Shown: positions 49,961-59,841 of the stretch, piece after piece
Position numbering within the stretch: the stretch's first letter is position 1
Layout: every line of letters begins with the position of its first letter
Source: Candidatus Limnocylindrales bacterium
GTDB lineage: Bacteria > Chloroflexota > Limnocylindria > Limnocylindrales > CSP1-4
DNA length: 64,000 nt
Assembly (NCBI GenBank): GCA_038230295.1
Contig: JBBRNM010000005.1
Span: forward strand, 779-64,778
Direction of reading: 5' to 3'
Program-made: the position numbers and the translations under genes
Notes under the pieces: model-generated
Told to the model about the DNA's origin: nothing
Seen by the model: only the letters and a program-made list of their open reading frames with translations
The model's database searches: none

Positions 49961-52900
49961 CCGAGCCGCCGCATCCCGGCGCGGCCGATCTGGCGAACGC
50001 CGGCCGGGCTCTCGGGGCCACCGACCGCCTCGGCGACCTCGGTGAGCGACCGAACCTCGCGCGCCACCACGTTGACCACCGCCGATTCGCGCTGTAGATC
50101 CCCGTCGACCAGGAGCAGGGCGTGGCGGCGGACCACGCCGCGGAGGCGGGCCCAGGTATCCGGCCAGAGGGTCACGTTCACCATCCCCGTCTCGTCCTCA
50201 AGCGCCAGGAAGACAGTGCCCTTCGCCGTCATCGGGTGCTGGCGGGTCACGACGAGCCCGGCGAGCCGCACCGGACCGGGTCGACGATCGGCCAGTGCGC
50301 CGTTCGGCACCGCCCCGAGGCGATCCAGCGCCGGCCGGAACAGCGAGATGACCTGGTGGCGGGCATCGAGCCCGATCACGCCGTAGGCATCGCCGAGTCG
50401 CTCCGGCTCGGTGAGCGCCGGCAGGTCCGGAGCATCCGTCGCCGGAAGGCGGAGATCCATCGGCCTCCCGGCCGCCGCGGAACGCTTCCCCTGGGCGCGC
50501 CCGGCAGCGCGAACGCTCCTGCGGTCGACCCGCCCGCGGGCCGAGCCGGCGACCTCCCGAAGCTGCCAGAGGAGCTCCCGGCGCGGGCGGCCGAGCGAGT
50601 CGAGCCCGCCGGTCCGGATCAGCCGCTCGATCGTCTCCTCGGGCAATCCCGTGCGCTCCACGACATCGGCGAGCGAGGTGTACGGGCCGCGGTCGCGCTG
50701 TCGGTCGAGCAGCGCCTCATGCTGCTCGCCGATCCCCTTCACGAGCTGGAGCCCCAGTCGGACCCCCCAGCCGATCGCGCTCTCGGCCGACCACTGCTCG
50801 CGGGCCACGGCGCCGGGCATGAAGCAGGCCGACGAGCGAACGGGTGGCGGGTAGGCCTCGATCCCCGAATCCTCCGGCAAGGGCTCACCGGGATCAGCAT
50901 CGTGTGACCCGTCGTCGCCCGCCACTCCCGCGAGCGCCCATCCCGGCCGGCCGACCCATTCCGTGGTGGTCTTGTAGCTCGAGGCATTGATGTCGACCGG
51001 CAGCACGCTCACGCCGTGCCGCTTGGCGTCGTTGACGAGGACCTCCACGGGATAGAAGCCCATCGGCTGGGCATTGATCAGCCCGGCGAGGAACTGGGCG
51101 GGATAGAAGAGCTTCAGGAACGCCGACTCATACGCGGTTCTCGCAAACGCGGCGGCATGCGACTTCGCAAACCCGAACGAGGCGAACGCCGAGACCTGCC
51201 GGAACAGCTCCTCCGCCGTCTCGTCGGTCATCCCGGGCTGACGCAGGCAGCCGTCGAGGAACTGGCGATGGAGCTTCTCCATCTCCCGGTTCGAGCGCCA
51301 GGTGCCCATCGCCCGGCGGAACCCGTCGGAGCCCGCCGGCGTGAATCCGGCGACCTCGATCGCGATCTTCATGACCTGCTCCTGATACAGGATCACGCCG
51401 AGCGTCTCGGCGAGGATCGGCGCGAGGCTGGGATGGAGGTAGGTCACGGGCTCCAGGCCCTGCTTCCTTCGAAGGTACGGGTGGACCGCGTTGCCCTGAA
51501 TTGGGCCCGGCCGGATGATCGCGACTTCGACGACGAGGTCATCGAGATTGCTCGGGCGCGATTTCGGCAAGGTCTGCATCTGGGCCCGGCTCTCGATCTG
51601 GAACACGCCAACCGTGTCGGCCGCCTGGACCATCTCGAAGACCTCGGGGATGTCCTCGGGCATCCGGTCGAGGTCGATGCAGGTCGCGCAATCGGCCTGG
51701 ATCAGCTGGAGCGTCTCGTCCATCGCGGCGAGCATCCCAAGCCCGAGCAGGTCGAGCTTGATGAGCTTGAGCGTCTCGACGTCGCGCTTGTCGAACTGGA
51801 CGACGACCCGATCCTTCATCGTCGCCCGCTCCAGCGGCGCGATGTCGATCAGCGGCGCCGCGGTCACGAGCATGCCGCCGGAGTGGATGGAGAGGTGGCG
51901 CGGAAAGCCATCGATCCGGGCGCAGAACTCGAGCCAGCGCTCCCAATCGCTGAGCCCCACGGTGCTGCCGCCCCGGGCGTGCGGCGGCGGCTCCGGCGCG
52001 ACGCGCGCAACGGAGCTGTGGCCGGTCTCGCCGGCGGCAACATGCGCGCCGCTCGCCGAGCCGGCGGCAACCTGCGCGCCGCCCCGGCCCATCGTCGACG
52101 TGCGCGGCGCGGGCGGATCCCAGTGGTTCGGCCGCCCGAGCCGATCTGTGGCCCGGCCTGCCTGATCGGTCCGGCGAGCCGGTGGCGCGACCGACCCACT
52201 CTCGGGATCGATCGCCCTGCCATCGACCGTCCCGGGTGCCACGCCGTCGCTCGCGCCGCGTCGCGCGCCACCCACCTGGTACCCGGTCCCGCGTCCGGCG
52301 CGCAGCCAGGCGACGCTCGCGGGCGTGTCGCCGGGGCCACCCTCGTCGTCGGCGCGTCCACCGGGCCGGATCGACGGCGGCGACTGCGGCGCCTCATCCC
52401 ACATCCCGGATCGGCTCGGCCCCCGCTCGCTCGGCCCCGCTCCGCTCCGAGCTTCTGGGCTATTCGTCACGGGTGGACGGTTAAGCCAGGAGTCGCCGAT
52501 CCTCAAGTCCGCGACAGCCTCTGGAGCCAGGGGATTCGTCCCGGCGTGAGCGTGGCTGTGGATGAATACCGAGCCCGCATTCCCCGGGCGCGCCGATTCG
52601 ACGGCGATCTTTTCGCTTAAGCGTCCGGGGGTGACGATAAGACCGGATGTGCCCGCGGCGGCCGAGGGCTCGGCCAAAGCCGCCGCGATCGAGGTCGAGC
52701 CGGCCGCCGCGCCGGCGCTGGCAATCGAGGTCGGGCCGCCGCTGATCTTGCCGCCGCTGATCTTGCCGCCGCGAGCGTGATTCAGCTCGCCCATCCCATT
52801 CGTCAGGCCGCGCGCCGCAACGAGCGCCGCGGAGGCGCGCACCGCATCTTCGGCGACCGCGCGACCTCCTGCCACAGCGTCGAGCGCGGCCTCGCCGGGG

Positions 52901-54597
52901 CGGCGGAAGAACTCGGCGAAACCGCCGTCGGCCTCAAGGTCGCGCCGGACCATGACGCTGTCGTACGTCTCGAGGGCCTTGGCCACCCGATCGACCAGCG
53001 GCCGCGGGAAGCCGAGCGCGTAGCCGACCTCGCGGACGGCGGATCGAGCCCGGTACGTCACGAGGTTGCAGACCATCCCGGTGTGCTCGGGGCCGTAGCG
53101 CTCAAAAACGTACTGGATGACCTCCTCGCGGCGGGCCGACGAGAAGTCGATGTCGACGTCCGGGTAGCTCGTCCGGCCTTCGTTGATGAACCGCTCGAAC
53201 AGGAGATTGTGGCGGATTGGGTCGACGCGAGTGATCCCGAGGGCGTACGCGACGATCGAGTCGGCGGCGCTGCCGCGACCCTGGGCGGGGATGCCACGGC
53301 CTTTCGCGAACTGCATCAGGTCCCAGCAGATGAGGAAGAACTCGGCGAGGCCGGTCCGCTCGATGACGTCGAGCTCGTGCGCGAGCTGGCGCACGACCGA
53401 CGGCGAGACCGGGTGGTAGCGGCGCCGGACGCCGGCCTGGCAGAGCTCGACGAGATAGCTGAACGGGGTCTCGCCCTTCGGGACGGCGAACCCCGGAAAC
53501 CGGTATTGCTCGAACCCGAGGTCGACCGTGCAGCTCGCCGCGAGCTCGCCTGCGGTCACGATCCCCTCGGCCCAGGCTCGAGCGGTCACGGGGTCTGCCA
53601 CCGCGGTCTCGGGGTCGCCCGGCGGAAGTGCGGCCAGCTCCGAGGCTGACTTCAGGTACGACTCGCCGTCCGGGCGACGCAGGTCGCCCAGCGTCTCGAG
53701 GGTCCGGCCGTGCGCGATCGCGGTCAGGACGTCCTGCAGCTCGCGGTCCTCGCGCCGGGCGTAGTGGACGTCGTTCGCGACGACGACCGGCAGGCCGAGT
53801 TCCGCCGCGAGCCGTGCGATCTCGGCGGCGAGCCAGTCATCGTCCGGCCGGAGGTGGTGCGTCAGCTCGAGGAAGAAGCCGGCCCGGGCCACGTTGTCGC
53901 CCGATCCGGACGCACCGAAGATCGTCGCGTACCGCTCGGCCACGATCCGGGCGCCGTCGCGGTCGCCGACCAGGAGGCGCCGGGCGATCTCGCTCTCGCG
54001 CCCGCCCGAGAGCGCAAGCACGCCCTCGGTGTGCTCGGCGAGGAGCGCCTGGCTGAACCGCGGGACCCGCTTCGTGCCGGCCAGGTTGGCATGCGAGGTC
54101 AGTCGGCACAGGCTCCGGTAGCCGATCGCGTTCCGGGCGAGCAGGACGAGGCGCGGCCCGCGCTGGCGCTCGCCGATCCCGCGGAGGTCCTCCTTGACCA
54201 CGTTTCGATGGCCCGGCAGCCGGGTCCGGGTCGGCCGCGGTCGGGAGGGCGTGCCCTCGACCGGGACCACGGTCCCGTTCGCCAGCCCGAGGAGCCCGTC
54301 CATGCGGGCGGCGGCCTTCGACCGGCGCCGCTCTCGCCGAGCCGGGATGACGATCCCGCCCGGGTCCGGCGCGGCGGCGTCGAAGAGCTCGATCTCGATC
54401 CCGATGATCGGACGGATGCCCGCCGTCTCGGCTTCGGTCGCGAAGCGGACCACGCCGTAGAGGCCGCCGAGATCGGTGATCGCGAGCCCGGACAGGCCGA
54501 GCTCGACCGCTCGACCGACGAGATCCTCCACGGGCGAGGCGCCGTCGAGGAACGAGAAGTTCGAGTGGCAGTGAAGCTCCGCGTAGGTCGCTGGCAT
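49957..54597 (-). CDS. dnaE2: error-prone DNA polymerase III alpha subunit DnaE2, with large internal insertion
   Basis: ATG 54597 opens MPATYAELHCHSNFSFLDGAS (PHP domain). Palm and fingers motifs follow (GRGSAADSIVAYALGIT, PDVDIDF, FPRHLSIHSGGMLV), then an OB-like C-terminus. About 300 low-complexity codons interrupt the middle. Confidence 0.9.
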   Translation of the reverse strand: MPATYAELHCHSNFSFLDGASPVEDLVGRAVELGLSGLAITDLGGLYGVVRFATEAETAGIRPIIGIEIELFDAAAPDPGGIVIPARRERRRSKAAARMDGLLGLANGTVVPVEGTPSRPRPTRTRLPGHRNVVKEDLRGIGERQRGPRLVLLARNAIGYRSLCRLTSHANLAGTKRVPRFSQALLAEHTEGVLALSGGRESEIARRLLVGDRDGARIVAERYATIFGASGSGDNVARAGFFLELTHHLRPDDDWLAAEIARLAAELGLPVVVANDVHYARREDRELQDVLTAIAHGRTLETLGDLRRPDGESYLKSASELAALPPGDPETAVADPVTARAWAEGIVTAGELAASCTVDLGFEQYRFPGFAVPKGETPFSYLVELCQAGVRRRYHPVSPSVVRQLAHELDVIERTGLAEFFLICWDLMQFAKGRGIPAQGRGSAADSIVAYALGITRVDPIRHNLLFERFINEGRTSYPDVDIDFSSARREEVIQYVFERYGPEHTGMVCNLVTYRARSAVREVGYALGFPRPLVDRVAKALETYDSVMVRRDLEADGGFAEFFRRPGEAALDAVAGGRAVAEDAVRASAALVAARGLTNGMGELNHARGGKISGGKISGGPTSIASAGAAAGSTSIAAALAEPSAAAGTSGLIVTPGRLSEKIAVESARPGNAGSVFIHSHAHAGTNPLAPEAVADLRIGDSWLNRPPVTNSPEARSGAGPSERGPSRSGMWDEAPQSPPSIRPGGRADDEGGPGDTPASVAWLRAGRGTGYQVGGARRGASDGVAPGTVDGRAIDPESGSVAPPARRTDQAGRATDRLGRPNHWDPPAPRTSTMGRGGAQVAAGSASGAHVAAGETGHSSVARVAPEPPPHARGGSTVGLSDWERWLEFCARIDGFPRHLSIHSGGMLVTAAPLIDIAPLERATMKDRVVVQFDKRDVETLKLIKLDLLGLGMLAAMDETLQLIQADCATCIDLDRMPEDIPEVFEMVQAADTVGVFQIESRAQMQTLPKSRPSNLDDLVVEVAIIRPGPIQGNAVHPYLRRKQGLEPVTYLHPSLAPILAETLGVILYQEQVMKIAIEVAGFTPAGSDGFRRAMGTWRSNREMEKLHRQFLDGCLRQPGMTDETAEELFRQVSAFASFGFAKSHAAAFARTAYESAFLKLFYPAQFLAGLINAQPMGFYPVEVLVNDAKRHGVSVLPVDINASSYKTTTEWVGRPGWALAGVAGDDGSHDADPGEPLPEDSGIEAYPPPVRSSACFMPGAVAREQWSAESAIGWGVRLGLQLVKGIGEQHEALLDRQRDRGPYTSLADVVERTGLPEETIERLIRTGGLDSLGRPRRELLWQLREVAGSARGRVDRRSVRAAGRAQGKRSAAAGRPMDLRLPATDAPDLPALTEPERLGDAYGVIGLDARHQVISLFRPALDRLGAVPNGALADRRPGPVRLAGLVVTRQHPMTAKGTVFLALEDETGMVNVTLWPDTWARLRGVVRRHALLLVDGDLQRESAVVNVVAREVRSLTEVAEAVGGPESPAGVRQIGRAGMRRLG

Positions 54598-54643
54598 GCT
54601 CGAGATCCGGCTGCGCAGGGGCGTTTCTGGGGGCCACCGATCA

Positions 54644-54659
54644 TAGAACAAATGTTCTA
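54644..54659. promoter_or_regulatory. LexA (SOS) box
   Basis: TAGAAC-AAAT-GTTCTA is a perfect GAAC-N4-GTTC palindrome, 47 nt upstream of the dnaE2 ATG. Confidence 0.75.
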
Positions 54660-54901
54660 TCCTTGGGGACGCAACATCCAGATGGGATGTCGCGTCAGAG
54701 GGCCGTGGATCAAGACCTTCGCACCCTTGCCGTGGTGATGACGAGGACCGCCGCGATGCTCCTCCTCGCGGTGCTTCTCATCCTCGTTCTCCTCCCGGCG
54801 GCATTGGCGGCAAGCGGGAACTGATCCACGAACAACGTTCCGGAGCGTCATCCGGGACGACTGGTCGGACACCTGGTGAGCGGGCGGACGACCAACGAGC
54901 T

Positions 54902-54935
54902 GGGACCCCGTGGCCACTGGGGGCGACGGGGTCCC
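54902..54935. terminator. GC-rich hairpin (GGGACCCCG-N16-CGGGGTCCC) after the imuB C-terminal ORF
   Basis: A 9-bp perfect stem that starts 12 nt past the TAG at 54947. There is no U-tract, so intrinsic-terminator function is uncertain. Confidence 0.35.
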
Positions 54936-54946
54936 CTCATGTCCGG

Positions 54947-55192
54947 CTAGTCGTACAGCCGCTCGAGATGCCACGTCCCGGCGACGCGGTCGTAGTAGAT
55001 GAGCGCCAGCCAGCGGTCGCCGACAACCTTGAAGTAGTCCCGCGCGATCGGCTCGCGCCACCACGATTCCTCGACCCGCCAACGGTTGCAGACTTCGACC
55101 GGCTCCCGCCGATTCGCCCAGCTGATCGCGATCAGGCGGCCCTCGTCGAGCTCCACGCCGATCGGCGGATGAGCTCGCAGCAGGCGAGTCAC
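54947..55192 (-). CDS. ImuB C-terminal domain, encoded as a separate or frameshifted ORF
   Basis: GTG 55192 overlaps the imuB TGA (GTGA). It reads VTRLLRAHPPIGVELDEGRLIAISWANRREPVEVCNRWRVEESWWREPIARDYFKVVGDRWLALIYYDRVAGTWHLERLYD, which resembles the usual C-terminal end of full-length ImuB as I recall it. Confidence 0.6.
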   Translation of the reverse strand: MTRLLRAHPPIGVELDEGRLIAISWANRREPVEVCNRWRVEESWWREPIARDYFKVVGDRWLALIYYDRVAGTWHLERLYD

Positions 55193-56439
55193 CGCGGTGG
55201 GCCCGCAACGGAATGCCAGGCCCAGCGCTGCTCGGGCAAGGGCGCCTCGGGATCGGTGATCTCGACCCTCCGGACCCGATCCTCGCCGTAGGTCAGCGCC
55301 AGGCGGGCGAGCTGCCACGCGAGCCGGGCGCCGCGGAGGGCCTGCGGCACGAACAGCGGGAGCTGCTGGCCGGTGGCGGGGCTCGCGCCCGAGAGCTCGA
55401 GCTCGAGTCGCGCCACGGGGGCGGGCGGCGGCACGCGCTCGAGGCGCGCAAGCAGGAGGCGTTCGATGGCTTCGGGATCCGACGTCGGCTCGGGGAAGCG
55501 GCCCTCGACGACCTGCTCGGCCGGGGTGCCGGCCCTCGCAAAGGCGAGATCCAGCTCGAGGCGAAGGCGCCCCTGGGTCGCTGCCAGGCCACGGGCCGCG
55601 AGACTCTCCCCGAGCGCGGTCGCCAGGCGCCGCAGGACGAACCGAACGGCTTCGATCTCGGCCACCGGTGGCTCGATCGGCAGCGCCAGGAGCAGGCGCT
55701 CCGGGGTGCGGCGCGGCCGGAACGGATCAGTCTCCTCGCCCCGGGCCCGCGCTCCGATACGGGCCCCTTCCTCCCCGAACCGGGCAACAAGCGCCGACGC
55801 GGGCAGCTCGGCGACCTGGCCGATCCGGCGCAGGCCGAACCGGCGGAGTCGGGTACGAACGTCCGGATCCGCGCTCAGCAGGCCCGAGGGCAGCGAGCCG
55901 AGGAAGCCCGCTTCGGCGCCTTCGGAGACCGCCACGAGCGAACCCGGCGTGGCGGCCGCGGCGGCGACCATCGCCGCGAAGCGGGTTCCGGCAATCCCGG
56001 CCCGGGCCGGGCCGGCCACGAGCGGCTCGATCGCGGTTCCGACCCGCTCGGCGAGGACCGGCTCAGGACCCCAGAGGCCCTCGAGGCCGTCGATCTGGGC
56101 CTCGAGCAGGCCGAAGGCGGCCTCGGTCGGATCCGAGGTTCCGGCGATGGCCGGGCTGAAGGCCGCGAGCCGCTCGAACGCGAGCTCGGCGGCGGCTTGA
56201 TCAGCCTCCGGATCCGGATCGAGAAACGTCGCCTCGGGCGCGAGCCGGTGGGCCGACCCGAGCGGGATCCCCCGCCGGACGCCGAGGGCTCGAGCCAGCG
56301 GGTCCGCGTCGAGGACCGTTCCGTCCGACCACGGCTTCCCGCCGATAACCACCGGCCCCGCCGGCCACGAGCCGGAGGGCAGGCGCCGCTTCGCGAGATC
56401 GAGGAGGAGGTGCGGGCGATAGAGATGGAGGAGTCGCAT
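55189..56439 (-). CDS. imuB: ImuB, Y-family-polymerase-like mutasome subunit (core only)
   Basis: ATG 56439 opens MRLLHLYRPHLLLDLAKRR. It has a Y-family fold-like sequence and sits between imuA' and dnaE2. It ends at a TGA where full-length homologues continue. Confidence 0.82.
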   Translation of the reverse strand: MRLLHLYRPHLLLDLAKRRLPSGSWPAGPVVIGGKPWSDGTVLDADPLARALGVRRGIPLGSAHRLAPEATFLDPDPEADQAAAELAFERLAAFSPAIAGTSDPTEAAFGLLEAQIDGLEGLWGPEPVLAERVGTAIEPLVAGPARAGIAGTRFAAMVAAAAATPGSLVAVSEGAEAGFLGSLPSGLLSADPDVRTRLRRFGLRRIGQVAELPASALVARFGEEGARIGARARGEETDPFRPRRTPERLLLALPIEPPVAEIEAVRFVLRRLATALGESLAARGLAATQGRLRLELDLAFARAGTPAEQVVEGRFPEPTSDPEAIERLLLARLERVPPPAPVARLELELSGASPATGQQLPLFVPQALRGARLAWQLARLALTYGEDRVRRVEITDPEAPLPEQRWAWHSVAGPPR

Positions 56440-57337
56440 GGTTCCGCTTCCCGGGCACTGGGATGACGGGGGCATCAATCGCAGGCTGAACGCCGGGCTC
56501 GACGAGGAGCCCTTCGCGGCGGAGGCAGGCGTCCCGCTCACCTCCATCCGCATAGAGGATTCGGAGCGTCGCCCGCCGGCCGGGTGGGCCGGCCCGGTTG
56601 CGGGTGACGATCACCTCCGTTCGCTGGCCGACGACGTCCCGCCCGAGGCGGATCCACGATCGACGAGCCAGCTCGAGACGGATCCCGGTCGCCTCACCGA
56701 CGGCCGCCGCCACGGCCGAGACCAGCCCCGGCGGCTCCAGGACCACGAGGCTGATCCCGGCCCGCCGGGCGAGCGCCGAGAGCCGGCCGAGTCGATCGGC
56801 AATACGCGCGGCGGCCTCGATGCGAGGCGGGAGATCCAGGACGAGGAGATCCACGGTCCGGCTCGAGAGCAGCGAGCCCGCGATCGCCAGACCCTCGTCT
56901 GCGTCGGCCGGCGTGAGGACCACGAGCCACTCTGGTCGGACGCCGCGAGCGACAGCCTCCACCGGATCGAGGGCCGCCGCGAGGTCCATCCAGGCCACGA
57001 TCGAGCCGGCAGCCTGGGCCTCCGCGACGAGTCGCAGGGCAAGCGTCGTCCGGCCGCTCGAGAGGTCGCCTCGGAGCGAGAGGCCCATCCCGCGTGGCAG
57101 GCCACCGGGCCCGAGGATCGCGTCGAGGGCCGCGAACCCGGTCGAGAAGATGCGTGCCGAATCTCGCTCCGTGGCCTGATCCGGCGCATCGTCGGGGGCT
57201 TCGATCGGCACCATCGCGAGCGAGCCCACGACCTCGCCGACCTGGCTCGGAGCAGCCGATCCCCACTTCGACCGGAGGGTCGTCAGGGCCGCCGTGACAT
57301 CCGGAGAAAGTGCCGCCATGGGCCCAGTATCGAACAT
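56201..57337 (-). CDS. imuA: ImuA'-like RecA-fold mutasome protein
   Basis: Degenerate P-loop GDLSSGRTTLALRL and a RecA/KaiC-like core. It is the first gene of the cassette. The last 79 or so codons overlap imuB out of frame and look low-complexity. ATG 57319 is an alternative start. Confidence 0.72.
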   Translation of the reverse strand: MFDTGPMAALSPDVTAALTTLRSKWGSAAPSQVGEVVGSLAMVPIEAPDDAPDQATERDSARIFSTGFAALDAILGPGGLPRGMGLSLRGDLSSGRTTLALRLVAEAQAAGSIVAWMDLAAALDPVEAVARGVRPEWLVVLTPADADEGLAIAGSLLSSRTVDLLVLDLPPRIEAAARIADRLGRLSALARRAGISLVVLEPPGLVSAVAAAVGEATGIRLELARRSWIRLGRDVVGQRTEVIVTRNRAGPPGRRATLRILYADGGERDACLRREGLLVEPGVQPAIDAPVIPVPGKRNHATPPSLSPAPPPRSREAAPALRLVAGGAGGYRREAVVGRNGPRRGPAGSSPRRPAGDPARVGPPARARGDVSRSGSGG

Positions 57338-57345
57338 CTGTTCGA
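57330..57345. promoter_or_regulatory. LexA (SOS) box
   Basis: TCGAAC-ATCT-GTTCGA is a perfect palindrome matching the Gram-positive/actinobacterial SOS box. Its spacer contains the first in-frame ATG of imuA'. Confidence 0.8.
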
Positions 57346-57469
57346 ATGAATCAAGGGCTCAATGCGGAACGGCGGCACGTCACCGACGCCTCGACGGAGG
57401 CTTCCAGTTGGGTCGGACTGGTAGACTCGTCGCCTCGTCCAGCCGCCTCGCGCGCTCGGACGTCCCGGT

Positions 57470-57545
57470 GGGGATGTAGCTCAGCTGGAAGAGCACCGCG
57501 TTCGCATCGCGGGGGTCAGGGGTTCGAGTCCCCTCATCTCCACCA
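57470..57545 (+). tRNA. tRNA-Ala (anticodon CGC)
   Basis: Folded by hand: acceptor GGGGATG/CATCTCC with G3:U70, D arm GCTC/GAGC, anticodon stem CCGCG/CGCGG with loop TTCGCAT, T arm AGGGG-TTCGAGT-CCCCT, and an encoded ACCA end. 76 nt. Confidence 0.93.
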
Positions 57546-57546
57546 C
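57533..57546 (+). repeat. 14-nt direct repeat, copy 1 (3' end of tRNA-Ala): CTCATCTCCACCAC
   Basis: Exact match to 63231-63244. Confidence 0.85.
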
Positions 57547-57633
57547 AACGCCCTTGTTGTGCTCAGGTTCGTTGCCCCGCTGGGTGGAAAGACAGCTACC
57601 AGGACAGCTAGCTCGCCTCGACGTCCGGGTGGC

Positions 57634-59159
57634 TCAGGTTTCATTCGACCGATGCGCAACTTGAGCGCCAGCGACAGCCGTCCCGGCGCTGCGTCGCCGG
57701 CCGTGGCGCGGCTGCTCGTTGAGCGGAAGTGTGATCATGAAGACCGAGCCGACGCCGAGCTGGCTCTCGACCTTGACCCGACCTCGGTGGATGCGAACGA
57801 TCTCGCGGACGATCGTCAATCCCAGGCCGGCCCCGCCCTGCTCACCCCGGGGCTCGGACCGGTGATACCAGGGCTCCCAGATGTGGGGCAGATCCTCAGG
57901 CGCGATCCCGAGCCCTGAGTCCGCAACCGCGAGGATCGCGAGACCGTTCTTCTTGAGGCAGGTGAACTCGATCCGGTCACCAGGACGGGTGTGGCGAACT
58001 GCGTTCGTGACGAGGTTGAGGAGGACACGGTTCAACTGCTCACGATCACCGAGGACCACGAGCGGTTCGCACCGATCCAGCCGCCAATCCCGCACCGCAA
58101 GCGTTTGTGCACGGTGATGGACCTCCCGGATCAGGTCGTCCACCGCGATCGGCTCGGAGGAGGCGACCGAGCCCTGAGCCATCCTGCCCAGGAGGAGCAT
58201 GTCGGAGACGGCGACCGTGACTCGATCGATCTCCTCGAGCGCGATATCCAGTGCCTCGTTCATCTCCCCGCGGCGGACCCGCCGGGTGCGGCGCAGAACC
58301 TCGAGGTGGCCCTGGGCGATGGTGAGGGGGGTCCGCAGTTCATGGGAGGCGATGCTGTAGAAGGCGTTTCGCTGGCGGGACGCGGCGTCGAGCCGGTTGA
58401 GCATGCCATCGAAGGTCGAGGCGAGCCGCCCCACCTCGTCGTTCGGGCCGCGGTAGCCGATCCGCTGGTCGGTCACCTCCTCGCTGATGGCCGCCGCCGC
58501 CTGCGTGATCCTTCGGATCGGCGCCAGGCCGCTCTGAACGAGGAGATAGGCGAGCCACGTGCCGGGCACGAGCACGAAGAGGCTGAGCACGAACACCGGC
58601 GTGATGAAGTCTGCGTGCGTGGCCGGAAGCGGCTCGGCCACGATCATCGTGCCGGCGGCACGACCGCCAAGCTGGATCGGCGCGACCGCGGCCCGCAGTT
58701 CAACGACCGCACCCTGAGGGCCAGTCAGCAGGAGCCCCGCGTCGGGGAGTGTCAGCACCTGCCCACGGGCGTCCGTCGCGATGCCGGCGAGCATCGCGCT
58801 CATGACCGGGTCGGCCGGTTCCTGGAGGATTGCTCCATCGAAGAACTCCAGCCGCCACGCTTCGCTCCGCCCGCCCGGTTCATCGACGATCTGGGAAAGA
58901 AACCCACGCGTCGCCTCCAGGAGGCCGGCTATCGTCGTCGCGGCGGCGGTCCGTTCCCTGTAAGCCTGGACATCCTCGATCAGGTCGTGGTCGCGGGTTA
59001 CTGACAGCTGGTTGTCGAGGTAGGTGCTCTGGATAATCTGGACGGTCCCAGCGAGCACGACTGCGAGCACCGCGAAGAGCAGCGTCAGCCGGATGCGCAG
59101 ACCGAGGCGCTCGTTCAGCTTCCGCGGGATGCCTGCAAGACCCGAGAGCCGGGCTCCGC

Positions 59160-59163
<4 letters not shown>
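57634..59163 (-). CDS. sensor histidine kinase
   Basis: GTG 59163 overlaps the response regulator stop (GTGA). Two TM helices flank a periplasmic domain of about 170 aa. H-box SIASHELRTPLT and G-box GLGLTIVREIV. Confidence 0.88.
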
Positions 59164-59825
<662 letters not shown>

Positions 59826-59841
59826 CGGTCACCCGTCGCGC

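Noticed and set aside
51960-52880. An intein, or an inserted mobile gene, inside dnaE2.
   Set aside because: There is no Cys/Ser at the N-terminal junction and no His-Asn plus Cys/Ser/Thr at the C-terminal junction. No endonuclease motifs are present. The composition is uniformly low-complexity, and no separate ORF with a start and Shine-Dalgarno sequence lies within it.
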